Made by a program: the position numbers and the translations under genes. The notes under the pieces are model-generated. The model was not told the DNA's origin. It made no database searches and saw only the letters and a list, made by a program, of their open reading frames with translations. This document shows, piece after piece, positions 46,781-56,268 of a DNA stretch of 64,000 bases (within the stretch, counting starts at the first letter, position 1; each line of letters starts with the position of its first letter). Source of the DNA: Candidatus Woesearchaeota archaeon (lineage in GTDB: Archaea > Nanobdellota > Nanobdellia > SCGC-AAA011-G17 > UBA489); the NCBI GenBank assembly GCA_964343875.1, contig CAYFJW010000001.1, forward strand, positions 81,345 to 145,344. Direction: 5' to 3'.

Positions 46781-47236
46781 ATGCCTAAAAAGATCTCAAG
46801 AGACATTCCATTAAGTGAAATAACTCTCCGTAGATACGAAAAACCTTACAAAATGCCAAAAAGAGAGGCAACTAGAAAATTATGCCTGTCTCTAGGACTT
46901 TTGCAACCAGGTGATTCTCGTGATGTTGTAGTTGATGTTCTTCAAACAATAGTAGACACAAGCAAAAGAAAGAAAATGATAACTTCTGAAGAAGTCCAGA
47001 AGAAAGTAATTGCGTACAGAAAGAAAAACAGACTAGGCGTTAACGGTGTAGCGGCATCAAACATAAGAAGGCAAATGAAACGTCTAAAAGACTTACAAAT
47101 AATTGAAAAGATAAAAAACGAATATCGTGTAGTCGAATATGAAAACCTAGATACAGTATTTGAAGAAAGAATAAAGAAATATTACTTACCACAAATTCTT
47201 AGTAGGGTTAAAGATTATTGTAAATCGGTCAAATGA
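46781..47236 (+). CDS. Hypothetical protein, possible winged-helix DNA-binding protein
   Basis: 151 aa. An HTH-like segment GVNGVAASNIRRQMKRLKDLQIIEK. No family assigned. Confidence 0.35.
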   Translation: MPKKISRDIPLSEITLRRYEKPYKMPKREATRKLCLSLGLLQPGDSRDVVVDVLQTIVDTSKRKKMITSEEVQKKVIAYRKKNRLGVNGVAASNIRRQMKRLKDLQIIEKIKNEYRVVEYENLDTVFEERIKKYYLPQILSRVKDYCKSVK

Positions 47237-47757
47237 TATACGAACCAAGAGAAGATTCCTTCCTTCTACAAAGAATTGTAAAACAAGAAGTTAACCCCAA
47301 TGATAAAGTTCTAGACATGGGGACCGGATCAGGAATCCAAGCAATCACGGCAGCAGAAATCTCTAAAGATGTAACGGCGTCAGACATCAATCCAGAATGC
47401 ATCAACCAATTAGACAATCCAAAAATAAAAGCAATTCAATCAGACCTATTCAAAAACATCAAGGATAAATTTGACTTAATCATTTTCAATCCACCCTATC
47501 TCCCAAAAGATCCAAATGAGCCAGAAGACTCGGCATTAACAACAACCGGCGGAGAAAAAGGTTCAGAAATAATTGAAGAATTTCTAAAACAAGCAAAGAA
47601 CTATTTAACAAATAACGGAAGAATATTGCTATTGTTCTCTTCTTTATCAGGTAACATAGAAAATATTGCAAAAAGAGAAAATTACAACATAAAAATAATC
47701 ACCAGGCAGAAGTTCTCTTTCGAGGAAATATATGTGGCCTTTTTAAATAACGCCTAA
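47233..47757 (+). CDS. HemK/Mtq2-like N5-glutamine methyltransferase (release-factor methyltransferase)
   Basis: YEPREDSFLL N-terminus, motif I VLDMGTGSGIQAI, catalytic NPPY. Confidence 0.8.
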   Translation: MIYEPREDSFLLQRIVKQEVNPNDKVLDMGTGSGIQAITAAEISKDVTASDINPECINQLDNPKIKAIQSDLFKNIKDKFDLIIFNPPYLPKDPNEPEDSALTTTGGEKGSEIIEEFLKQAKNYLTNNGRILLLFSSLSGNIENIAKRENYNIKIITRQKFSFEEIYVAFLNNA

Positions 47758-47806
47758 AACATAGGTATGGAAAGCTATTTATTCTAAAAAGCGTCAATAT
47801 TTATCT

Positions 47807-48310
47807 ATGGGGGGAGCACGAAAAGGATTGGTAGCACTGACAGCAGCACTATTTGGAAGCCTGCCATTAGCTTGCCAAAGAGATGCAGATTACAATCTTC
47901 AAAATTTTCTTTCAAAAAGACCAACCGGCACTGCAATTGTAGCATATCCCACAGGAACACAGTTAGTAGGTGAAACGCCAGTTCCACCAACACACGCAAC
48001 AAATCTTAGAAATAGGTTAAAAGAAAGCGGAATGACTACTCACCTAAGGGCCGTTCCAAATGGTCAGTTCAAAAGAGGCCTATTGCTTGACCATAACACA
48101 GAACCAGCAGGACCAAATCTTAGCATATTCTATGTTGATTCAGATAGGATTACTGAGACTCATGAACTAAATGGATTAGAAAGCGTAGCCAATACTTACT
48201 CAGGTGTTGGAACAAGCACAACAGTTTACACACTCGCACCAGCAGAAGATGGAGGGTTTTCTAGATTTGAAAATCTGCTAGAAAGAAAAGGTTACATAGG
48301 GGGAAACTAA
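47807..48310 (+). CDS. Hypothetical protein (GC-richer, Gly/Thr/Arg-rich; possibly foreign)
   Basis: 167-aa ORF with atypical composition. The TATA-like ctatttatt ends about 24 nt upstream of the ATG, suggesting a leaderless transcript. Confidence 0.35.
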   Translation: MGGARKGLVALTAALFGSLPLACQRDADYNLQNFLSKRPTGTAIVAYPTGTQLVGETPVPPTHATNLRNRLKESGMTTHLRAVPNGQFKRGLLLDHNTEPAGPNLSIFYVDSDRITETHELNGLESVANTYSGVGTSTTVYTLAPAEDGGFSRFENLLERKGYIGGN

Positions 48311-48536
48311 AATTAAAACAAAAATACTAACACTGCTAGCCACAATTGTTTTTTTATCTTTTTTTGTACAAGAAGTAAACGCACAATATGACATAACAGA
48401 TGAATCATTCGTACCATTAAGTTCTGAAGATTGCGGTAACAAAAGAGAAGATTGCGCATATGCGACATTCACCGGGGCATTAATCTCTCTAAATGACACT
48501 GAGGTCGGAACTAATGTTACGGAGATCGTAGACAGA

Positions 48537-49121
48537 ATGAAGAATCTGAGTACATATCCGCTAGCCCCCACCTTTAATGGAACAATCAATATTACAGCCT
48601 TCATATGGAATGAAAGTGGGACCAATAACACGCTCGTTGTAACCAACTTCACAATTGGAAATGCGTCCAACCCCTCCCCAAATAGACCAAACACAACAAC
48701 AATCAGAGACGCCTTAACAGACGGACAACCCACATTAGTTGGTGCTGTAGTCTACAACGAAACCACAGGAGTAGCTATCACAGGCCACATGGTTAGGATT
48801 GTAGCAATCAACATAACTCCGAGATTAGTGAATGATTCAAGGGGAGTTACTCATGCAATGACGCCAGTCTTAGTTTATGATCCATACTACAATGTAACCT
48901 GGCCAACAGAAATTGATGAACCTATAACTCCAGGAACCCCTGCTGTTCCATTCATCCCGATATTTGGTAAGTGGGGTGTATTAGAGGACCAAGCATCCTT
49001 CAAGGCAATTACGCCACCAAGTCCCCCCTTTACAAAATTCCCAAAACCACCTGAACCACCTCCGCCAAAGAAGGAACCCAATATTGCAATAACGCCTAAT
49101 GGTGACCCACCAAGGATCTAA
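48537..49121 (+). CDS. Hypothetical secreted, sequon-rich and Pro-rich protein. The frame is open from 48300, and a signal peptide is encoded upstream of the first ATG.
   Basis: About 11 NxS/T sequons and a Pro-rich tail PPSPPFTKFPKPPEPPPPKK. The in-frame upstream segment IKTKILTLLATIVFLSFFVQEVNA-QY (from ATT at 48312) looks like a signal peptide but lacks ATG, GTG or TTG. Confidence 0.4.
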   Translation: MKNLSTYPLAPTFNGTINITAFIWNESGTNNTLVVTNFTIGNASNPSPNRPNTTTIRDALTDGQPTLVGAVVYNETTGVAITGHMVRIVAINITPRLVNDSRGVTHAMTPVLVYDPYYNVTWPTEIDEPITPGTPAVPFIPIFGKWGVLEDQASFKAITPPSPPFTKFPKPPEPPPPKKEPNIAITPNGDPPRI

Positions 49122-49136
49122 TTTAATTCTTTTTTA

Positions 49137-49165
49137 GGGCAGAAATTGCCCCTTAGCATTTTTTA
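49137..49165 (+). terminator. GC hairpin (GGGCAGAAATTGCCCC) followed by a T-run
   Basis: Stem-loop plus TTTTTT, 3' of the 48537 gene and 5' of rpl1. It may be a terminator or part of an rpl1 leader. Confidence 0.3.
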
Positions 49166-49276
49166 CCATAAACCTTATAAATCTAAATCTCAGAACAATC
49201 CTACTCAGAAACTACTCAGACACTGTCTGCGTTCCGAAATGGACGGATTAAAAAAATCCAGTAGTAGAGATTCAAA

Positions 49277-49945
49277 ATGGATAAGAAAGACATAATCCAA
49301 GCCATCAAAGCTGCTAGAGAGAACTCTAAACAAAGAAAGTTTGCAGAATCAATTGATGTAATCATCAATCTAAAGGGATTAAATCTAAAGAAAGAAGATG
49401 AAAAAATCCTTGCATTCATCCCCCTACCCCACCAAAGAGGGAAGAGGGTAAAAATCACAGCATTGGTTGATCAAGCATTATCAACAAAAGCAAAAGCAGA
49501 CTGCGACAATCACGTTCTATTTGAAAATTTCAAAAAACAAGACAAAAAAAAGATTAGAAAACTAGCAAAACAAACAGATTACTTTATTGCTCAAGCTAAC
49601 ATTATGCCAAAGGTTGCACAAACCTTCGGTAGAGTTCTTGGTCCAAGAGGAATGATGCCAAATCCAAAGGCAGGATGTGTTGTTCCACCTACAGCAGACC
49701 TAAAACCATTAGTAGAAAGACTACAGAAACTAGCAAGGATTGAAACAAAGAACGAACCAACAATTAAAACAAGTTTAGGAAGTTCAAAACTAAAAGACGA
49801 TGAACTAGCAGACAACGCATTAGCAATTTACAACTACGTTGTGCATCATGTTCCACAAGAAACAAATAACATCAAAAATGTCCTGATTAAAACATCCATG
49901 GGCCAACCAATGGTAGTTGGTGAAAAGATGGAGGCTAAAAAATGA
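49277..49945 (+). CDS. rpl1: 50S ribosomal protein uL1
   Basis: MDKKDIIQAIKAARENSKQRKFAESIDVIINLKG is a typical uL1 N-terminus. It precedes P0. Confidence 0.88.
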   Translation: MDKKDIIQAIKAARENSKQRKFAESIDVIINLKGLNLKKEDEKILAFIPLPHQRGKRVKITALVDQALSTKAKADCDNHVLFENFKKQDKKKIRKLAKQTDYFIAQANIMPKVAQTFGRVLGPRGMMPNPKAGCVVPPTADLKPLVERLQKLARIETKNEPTIKTSLGSSKLKDDELADNALAIYNYVVHHVPQETNNIKNVLIKTSMGQPMVVGEKMEAKK

Positions 49946-51189
49946 CATACAAGCCTCACGTATCAAAAGAAAAAAAGGATGAAATAGCAGAAATAAAGAG
50001 ATTGTTCAAAGAGTACAAGGTGGCCGGTATTGTTAACCTAGAAGGCTTACCGACACTAATGCTTCAAAGAATCAAATTCTCACTAGGAGATTCAATCTAC
50101 CTAAAACCAACTAAAAAAAGATTAATAAAAATTGCATTCGATGATATGAAAGATCAAAAAAACATAGATCAACTTAAGGAAAAACTAAGAGGGATTCCAG
50201 CATTACTATTTACAAACGAAGATCCATTCATTCTTTACAAAAAACTAGAAAAAAGTAAAGCCTCAGCAGCAGCAAAACCAGGACAAACCGCTCCAAATGA
50301 TTTGGGTGTTGAAGCAGGTGAAACTCCTTTCGCACCAGGTCCAATGATTGGAGAACTTGGAATGCTTGGACTAAAAACAGAAGTTAAAGATGGAAAGATT
50401 CACATAAAAGATGACAAGGTCCTAGTCAGGGAAGGGGATGAAATTTCTGAACAAGTTGCAGGATTACTTGCAAAGATGGGCGTTGAACCAATGAAGATTG
50501 GTTTGAATTTACTATTAACATATGAAAACGGAGAAATCCTAGAAAAATCAGTATTATCTATTGATGAGGAAGAATACATCAACAACCTAAAGGCAGCACA
50601 CTCCGAATCATTAGCACTAGCAATGCACTTAGGAATATTAAACTCAGAAACAATTAAACCATTAATCAGCAAAGCACAAAGCGAATCTCTAGCATTGGCA
50701 GATTCAGCAGATATAATTACATCTGGGAACGTTGGGAAGATTTTAGCTAAAGCTGAAGCAGCAGCTTCGGCCCTAGAATCAAAAGTTCCGGAAGCTCCCA
50801 AAGAAGAAGTTAAAGAGCAACCAAAGGAACCAGTAAAAGAAGAACCAAAAGAGACTCCTGCTGAAGCTCCCAAAGAAGAAGTTAAGGAAGAACCAAGGGA
50901 GCAACCAAAAGAAGAAGTTAAGGAGACTCCCAAGGAAGAACCAGTAAAAGAAGAAAAACAACCAGAATCAGAAGAAAAAAAGCCCGTAGAAGAGCCAGAG
51001 AAGGCCCCAGAAGACAAACCTAAAGAAATAAAAAAGGATATGGAAGAACTTACAGATATTGCAAACAAGGTGCTTGGCACAGGAATAAAAGGGGATTCAG
51101 AGGCTTCAAAAGAGCCAAAAGCTGAAGAACAAGACGTAAACAAACTTATTAATACTCTCAAAGATAAGAAAAGCAAAGGAGAGACTTAA
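49942..51189 (+). CDS. rplP0: 50S ribosomal protein uL10 (acidic protein P0) with an extended PKEE-repeat C-terminal region
   Basis: The N-terminal P0 domain, then about 100 aa of EVKEQPKEPVKEEPKETPAEAPKEEVKEEP... repeats. Confidence 0.85.
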   Translation: MTYKPHVSKEKKDEIAEIKRLFKEYKVAGIVNLEGLPTLMLQRIKFSLGDSIYLKPTKKRLIKIAFDDMKDQKNIDQLKEKLRGIPALLFTNEDPFILYKKLEKSKASAAAKPGQTAPNDLGVEAGETPFAPGPMIGELGMLGLKTEVKDGKIHIKDDKVLVREGDEISEQVAGLLAKMGVEPMKIGLNLLLTYENGEILEKSVLSIDEEEYINNLKAAHSESLALAMHLGILNSETIKPLISKAQSESLALADSADIITSGNVGKILAKAEAAASALESKVPEAPKEEVKEQPKEPVKEEPKETPAEAPKEEVKEEPREQPKEEVKETPKEEPVKEEKQPESEEKKPVEEPEKAPEDKPKEIKKDMEELTDIANKVLGTGIKGDSEASKEPKAEEQDVNKLINTLKDKKSKGET

Positions 51190-51216
51190 TATTCACTTGG
51201 AGGAAAAACCCAGAAA

Positions 51217-51525
51217 ATGGAATACGTATATGCCGCAATGTTGATCCACAAACTAAGCGGAAAAATAGAAGAAGACACAGTTAAGAAAGTCATCCAGGCA
51301 GCCGGAGGCTCACCAGATGATGGTCGAGCTAAAGCACTAGTTGCCGCATTAAGTGATGTTGACATAGATGCAGCTATTAAGGAAGCCGCTGTTGCACCAG
51401 TAGCCGCAGCTCCTGCAGCACCTGCAGGTGGCGCAGCTCCCGCAGCAGAAGAAAAGAAAGAAGAACAAGAAGACAAGAAGTCTGCTGAAGAAGCAGCTGC
51501 TGGTCTAGGGTCTCTATTCGGATAG
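51217..51525 (+). CDS. rpl12: 50S ribosomal stalk protein P1 (aL12)
   Basis: MEYVYAAMLIHKLSGKIEEDTVKKVIQAAG..., an Ala/Pro hinge, and an acidic tail ending GLGSLFG. Confidence 0.9.
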   Translation: MEYVYAAMLIHKLSGKIEEDTVKKVIQAAGGSPDDGRAKALVAALSDVDIDAAIKEAAVAPVAAAPAAPAGGAAPAAEEKKEEQEDKKSAEEAAAGLGSLFG

Positions 51526-51577
51526 ACCCAACCTTTTTCTTTTTTTGTTTCCTCATTTAGTTGTATAAAGAGCTAAA

Positions 51578-52486
51578 ATGACGGAAGAAATAAATAAGGA
51601 TAATGTACAAAAATCCAAAGAACAAAAAAAGCATGATCTTGCTAATTTGAAAACCAAACTAAACGAACTTAATTCTAAAAAAGAAGAATGGTTTAACAAA
51701 AAAGAAGACCTAAACAAAGAGATCTCTAAACTAGTTACAGTTCTAAAGGCAACCAACCCAGAAATTGAAGCTGAAAAAAAGAAAGAAAAAGAACTAATAG
51801 AAAAGAGAAACGAGCTAAACAAACAATTCAGAGAACAATTAACATTATCAAAAGATCTAGTAAAAGAAAGAAACACATTCAAAGATAAATTTGGAAGGGG
51901 TTCAAGTCCCGGCGCATTAAAAAGCAAATTAGAAAAATTAGAATACTCAATTGAAACAGAAGCTCTGCCCATTGAAAAAGAGAAAAAAATAATGAGGCAA
52001 ATAAAAGAGCTTAGAAAGGCAGTTATGGAATCTGAAGTGGTTACAGACTTCAAATCCCAAATGGGTGAGATATCGCAGACCCTCACAGACGCTAAGGAAA
52101 AAGCCGATAAATATCATTTAGAATTAAAGGAATTACTAAAGGAAAACAAAAAGAAATTCAAGGATTATTTAATTAATTCAAGGAAAGTAAATGAATTGAA
52201 GAAAGAACAAAGACAGGCTTTCAAGAAGTTTATAGAATATAAAACTCAATTCTCTAAGGTAAACTCAGAATTAAAGAAGGCATTGAAAGAAGCAGGCGAA
52301 GTTCCTAAAAAGAAGAAATTCAAGAAGAAAAAAGAAAAAACTAAGGAAGTAAAGAAAATACAAACAACCTTCATCGATAGCGCTAAAATCATAGAAGAAA
52401 AAGTAAAAGAAGTAGAAGATAAGATCAAACAAAAGAAAAAACTAACTACAAAGGACCTTATAGCGATGCAAGGATCAAAGAAGTGA
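51578..52486 (+). CDS. Archaeal coiled-coil protein (COG1340-like)
   Basis: 302 aa, almost entirely heptad-rich K/E coiled coil. Placed immediately after the P0-P1 genes. Confidence 0.4.
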   Translation: MTEEINKDNVQKSKEQKKHDLANLKTKLNELNSKKEEWFNKKEDLNKEISKLVTVLKATNPEIEAEKKKEKELIEKRNELNKQFREQLTLSKDLVKERNTFKDKFGRGSSPGALKSKLEKLEYSIETEALPIEKEKKIMRQIKELRKAVMESEVVTDFKSQMGEISQTLTDAKEKADKYHLELKELLKENKKKFKDYLINSRKVNELKKEQRQAFKKFIEYKTQFSKVNSELKKALKEAGEVPKKKKFKKKKEKTKEVKKIQTTFIDSAKIIEEKVKEVEDKIKQKKKLTTKDLIAMQGSKK

Positions 52487-52987
52487 TCTCTTTCTCAAAT
52501 GCTTAAAATCACTAACTATCGGAATTTCTTTAACATTAAACCTCTTAACTAAAAATATCCAAACCAGTGCAACATACAATCCAGATAACAACTTCCATGT
52601 AACCATGTGCAACGTCAAAAACAAATTAACGTTATTCTGCACCAGTAAATATGCCAAAACGTCAATTCTAATTATATTTGCAACAAGTATCAATAAGGCC
52701 CCAAGTAAAAACATCTTAACGCCTTTCTTAAGATCAATTCCCTTAGTCAGCAATATCAACAATGCCAAGAACACATATGCTCCAACAGCAGCACATGCCT
52801 CAACATAGTTTATCGCTTTAGTCCCAATAGATATAACGTTCCCATTCAAATCAGCACCAAGGGGAATCAAAGACAAATGGGATAGATATGCTGAAAAAGA
52901 AACAATCAGGGGTGAAAAAACATCTCTAAAAAGAACTACAACCAAAGCCAACACAGCCCTAAAAACCGCAGACAAATAACCACCCAT
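52475..52987 (-). CDS. Polytopic membrane protein (possible exosortase/archaeosortase-like; weak)
   Basis: Five or six TM helices. Conserved-looking EACAAVG and IIRID segments. Assignment is speculative. Confidence 0.25.
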   Translation of the reverse strand: MGGYLSAVFRAVLALVVVLFRDVFSPLIVSFSAYLSHLSLIPLGADLNGNVISIGTKAINYVEACAAVGAYVFLALLILLTKGIDLKKGVKMFLLGALLILVANIIRIDVLAYLLVQNNVNLFLTLHMVTWKLLSGLYVALVWIFLVKRFNVKEIPIVSDFKHLRKRSLL

Positions 52988-53060
52988 ACAACACCCAATC
53001 TAGATTTTTATTTAAACCTTCCCAAGAAAATCATATAAACCCAACTATATACTCAATCCT

Positions 53061-54632
53061 ATGAAGATCGGAAAGAAGCTATTGGTCAGCTTTTCAATTA
53101 TTGTAGCATTCCTCATAATATCCGCTCTAGTAACTACTGTTTACACTCTAAGAATCAATAGCAAACTACACAAAATCACAGAGGGAGTAAACCCCTTGGA
53201 AACAGATGTTCAAGACATGATCAGCATCCTCTGGAGAAGCAATTACATAGTTCAAAGATACTCGACAGAAGATGATCTAGAAACTCTAAGAGACTTAGAA
53301 TTTGAATTTGAATACATCAACGGACTATTCACTAAAAAATCAAATAGATTAACTGAACTTGGATCGGAAGAAATACAAGAAAAAGTATTACAGGCAACAA
53401 ATAAACACAATACATTCTACCAATTATCTAAAAGGCTAATGGATAAAAGGGCAGAGGATGTAGCAAATGGAGTTATTTATGCAGAGTCCTCAATTTTAGT
53501 ACAATACAGCATTGCAAAGCAACTAGAAAGAGATGTAGTTGATGCAGTTGAGTTCCTACAAGAGGCAATTGAAGAATTCTCCATAATCAAACAAACAGCC
53601 AAACAAGACTCCAGTGCAGCGGTTAAGATAGCAATAACTATGATTATCTTGATAGCATTCATTGGAATAGTTACAACCTTCGCAGTTTGGTCTTCACTAA
53701 CAACCACAATCACAAAAAGAATTAATGCCTTATCAGAAGCATCTTCGAAGCTATCTAAGGGTAAATTTGACATTGAGGTAGAATCGGATGAAAGGGATGA
53801 TGAAATATCAGAACTGGCATTCACATTCAATCAAATGGTTCTAAGCCTAAGGAAGATTATACAAGAAAGCCCGAGACTAAAGAAATTCATCACATTGAAA
53901 GGTAAAAAAGAAAAGTTAATGCAAAAGTACATAATTGAATCAGGAACAAGCTATTTAATCAAAGAACCAACGTCTCAAGAAGCATATGAAATTTTAATAG
54001 AAAAAACAGAAGAATACACACCTCTACTGATTACAAGAGATAATCTAGATGTAATAGAACAGAAATATGGCATAGCCAAAAAGAACATGATCCGGCTATC
54101 TGATGAAAAAGAAAAAGGAATTACTTCAACATCAGACTTAAACCAATTGCAAAAGAGCACAATAGAATTCTTATCAAAGAATGAAAAAGCAATTGTCTTG
54201 CTAGACCGCTCAGACTACATCCTAAATAAATACGGATTTGAAAACTTCCTAAAATTCATCACAAATATCAATGATAAAATAATGGGAAAGAAGGCAATAT
54301 TCCTCCTACCGGTTGATCCGCAAATATTCACCAATAAACAACTATCCTTGCTAGAAAAAGAGGTCCACGCCCCACCACAGCAAACTGTAACAGAAACAAT
54401 ATCGGAAGAATTAAAGGGCATATTGAAGTTTATCTCTGATAGAAGTGCAATAAACAAACCAGCTACTTACAAGGACGTAGGAACAGAGTTTTCAATCACA
54501 GCCCCAACAACCAAAAAGAAGCTAGAGGAGCTCCATTCCCTTGGTTTAATTAGAGTAACAAAGATAGGCAGGAACAAGGTTCTGAAGACAACCAGAGACG
54601 GGGACAGAGTAGTATCTAGCTCAAACCTTTAA
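53061..54632 (+). CDS. Membrane sensor: two TM helices flanking an extracytoplasmic domain, a HAMP-like linker, and a cytoplasmic domain ending in a winged HTH
   Basis: HAMP-like ITKRINALSEASSKLSKGKFDIEVESDERDDEISELAFTFNQMVLSL. C-terminal wHTH KPATYKDVGTEFSITAPTTKKKLEELHSLGLIRV. Confidence 0.4.
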   Translation: MKIGKKLLVSFSIIVAFLIISALVTTVYTLRINSKLHKITEGVNPLETDVQDMISILWRSNYIVQRYSTEDDLETLRDLEFEFEYINGLFTKKSNRLTELGSEEIQEKVLQATNKHNTFYQLSKRLMDKRAEDVANGVIYAESSILVQYSIAKQLERDVVDAVEFLQEAIEEFSIIKQTAKQDSSAAVKIAITMIILIAFIGIVTTFAVWSSLTTTITKRINALSEASSKLSKGKFDIEVESDERDDEISELAFTFNQMVLSLRKIIQESPRLKKFITLKGKKEKLMQKYIIESGTSYLIKEPTSQEAYEILIEKTEEYTPLLITRDNLDVIEQKYGIAKKNMIRLSDEKEKGITSTSDLNQLQKSTIEFLSKNEKAIVLLDRSDYILNKYGFENFLKFITNINDKIMGKKAIFLLPVDPQIFTNKQLSLLEKEVHAPPQQTVTETISEELKGILKFISDRSAINKPATYKDVGTEFSITAPTTKKKLEELHSLGLIRVTKIGRNKVLKTTRDGDRVVSSSNL

Positions 54633-54806
54633 CTATTTTTAACTATTTTTAACAGTTTAACTATCAAAAATTGCATTATCTTTATAAAGAAATTCTCCTT
54701 CAAAAATAACAAGTCAAGATAGCTCTCGACTTGCATTTGAAACCTCCGTTCATTCGGTTTGTCTTTGCGAGATCCCTGGGAAGCCACCCCCGGGGAAATC
54801 ATTTTA

Positions 54807-55598
54807 TTACGCAATAGATAGTAGTATAGTCACTATTCCTGCGGCAAAAGCATAGTACGCAAAGTAGTGGAATTTCCCGCTTTCTATCAGCTTCATCAAC
54901 CACCTCAAACAGACATACCCAGTTACGGCCGAAGCCAATACCCCAAAGATTACGGCAGATAAATTCTCCACCAAGAAAGGAAAAGCCAACTGACTCATTC
55001 CAAAACTCTCCACAATGGATGCCCCGATTATAGCTGGCATTGAAAGTAAGAAAGAAAACTTAGCAACCTTTATTCTGTCAACACCTCTAAACAACCCGAT
55101 CCCAATAGTAGCCCCACTTCTTGAAACTCCGGGAATTAAAGATATCCCTTGAAATAATCCAATCAATACGGAATCTAAGAAATTAACTTTCCTATAGCCC
55201 CTCTTAACCATTCCACTCAAAGCCAATATAACCCCTGTAAACAAGAAGGCAATTCCCACATACAGTAAATTACCAAACATGGCACTGAACTGATCGTGGA
55301 AAACTAACCCAATAACGGAAGTTACAGCCAATCCAATTACAATAAGCCCAGCAAGCTTTGAATTCTCGCTCTTAAAATCCAACCTCAACAAATCCGCAAA
55401 TATATCCTTAATCTCCTTCCAAAAGAACGCAAGAAGAACTATCAAAGTTCCAAGATGTAAATAGATATCATACAAAACAGGAACTTCTAAACCCATCAAA
55501 TTCTGAAACAAAGCTAGATGTCCCGAACTAGATACAGGGAACCATTCAGTCAATCCCTGAATAAAGCCTAAAAAAACAGCCTCTAAAATTCCTATCAT
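54807..55598 (-). CDS. uppP: Undecaprenyl-diphosphatase UppP (BacA)
   Basis: FIQGLTEWFPVSSSGHLAL and the PGVSRSGATI motif. Confidence 0.9.
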   Translation of the reverse strand: MIGILEAVFLGFIQGLTEWFPVSSSGHLALFQNLMGLEVPVLYDIYLHLGTLIVLLAFFWKEIKDIFADLLRLDFKSENSKLAGLIVIGLAVTSVIGLVFHDQFSAMFGNLLYVGIAFLFTGVILALSGMVKRGYRKVNFLDSVLIGLFQGISLIPGVSRSGATIGIGLFRGVDRIKVAKFSFLLSMPAIIGASIVESFGMSQLAFPFLVENLSAVIFGVLASAVTGYVCLRWLMKLIESGKFHYFAYYAFAAGIVTILLSIA

Positions 55599-55681
55599 AC
55601 TTCAACCCCCCAATCGGTGGATTTAAAGCTTTCTTTCTTTTAAATAGCAACATTTTTAACCAAATAACCAATCCTCAAACT

Positions 55682-56224
55682 ATGGCAGTTGAGGTGACAG
55701 GGTTTTCTATATTTGCCCTAAAGGATCGTTTCATAGAGCTTCTAGCAGCACCAGTAAACTATTCAGAAATGTTGTGGATCGCAGTACCTCTAATCCTAGC
55801 ACTATTCCTAACAGAAATCTACTTCTCAAGATACAAACAGGAACAACTAGGCTGGAACTCGGCATACGGAAACGCCTTGGTTCTGTTATTCGTATCAGTA
55901 GATATCTTCAGATACCTATTCAATAACAACATGCTTGAAAACATGACAACAAAACTAGCAATTGCATTGGCAGTAACAATAATGGCAATACTCCTAACAT
56001 TAATTAATTTCCTACACATCCTACCAGAAAACCTAGCATATGGTCTGAGCTCAAAACTACCAATTAACTTCCTAGCATACATTGCATTAATCTTAGTTTA
56101 CTCAGACATACCAGCAGATTTCTTAACCTTCGTAGCATCAGCAGGAATACTAGTACTTTTTGCAGTAGTAATAATATTAATAAGAAAACTAATCCCTGTA
56201 TCTGTAGAAGAAGTAGACTATTGA
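55682..56224 (+). CDS. Hypothetical membrane protein
   Basis: Four or five TM helices. No family recognised. Confidence 0.35.
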   Translation: MAVEVTGFSIFALKDRFIELLAAPVNYSEMLWIAVPLILALFLTEIYFSRYKQEQLGWNSAYGNALVLLFVSVDIFRYLFNNNMLENMTTKLAIALAVTIMAILLTLINFLHILPENLAYGLSSKLPINFLAYIALILVYSDIPADFLTFVASAGILVLFAVVIILIRKLIPVSVEEVDY

Positions 56225-56268
56225 CTTTTAGAAAATCTTATAATTAGCTCCTAAATAGAAGTTAGACT

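Noticed and set aside
50400-51176. 258-aa minus-strand ORF (Ser/Phe/Gly-rich) antisense to rplP0
   Set aside because: It lies antisense to the PKEE-repeat region of a highly conserved ribosomal gene. It has low-complexity mirror composition typical of antisense artefacts.
52475-52987. Archaeosortase (ArtA) assignment for the 170-aa membrane protein
   Set aside because: It is much shorter than characterised ArtA (~300 aa). Neighbouring secreted proteins lack PGF-CTERM sorting signals. It is kept only as a low-confidence possibility.
54629-54814. 61-aa minus-strand ORF in the convergent intergenic region
   Set aside because: It has no RBS or promoter and spans a repeat/GC-palindrome region better explained as a terminator or ncRNA. 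Its composition is not protein-like.
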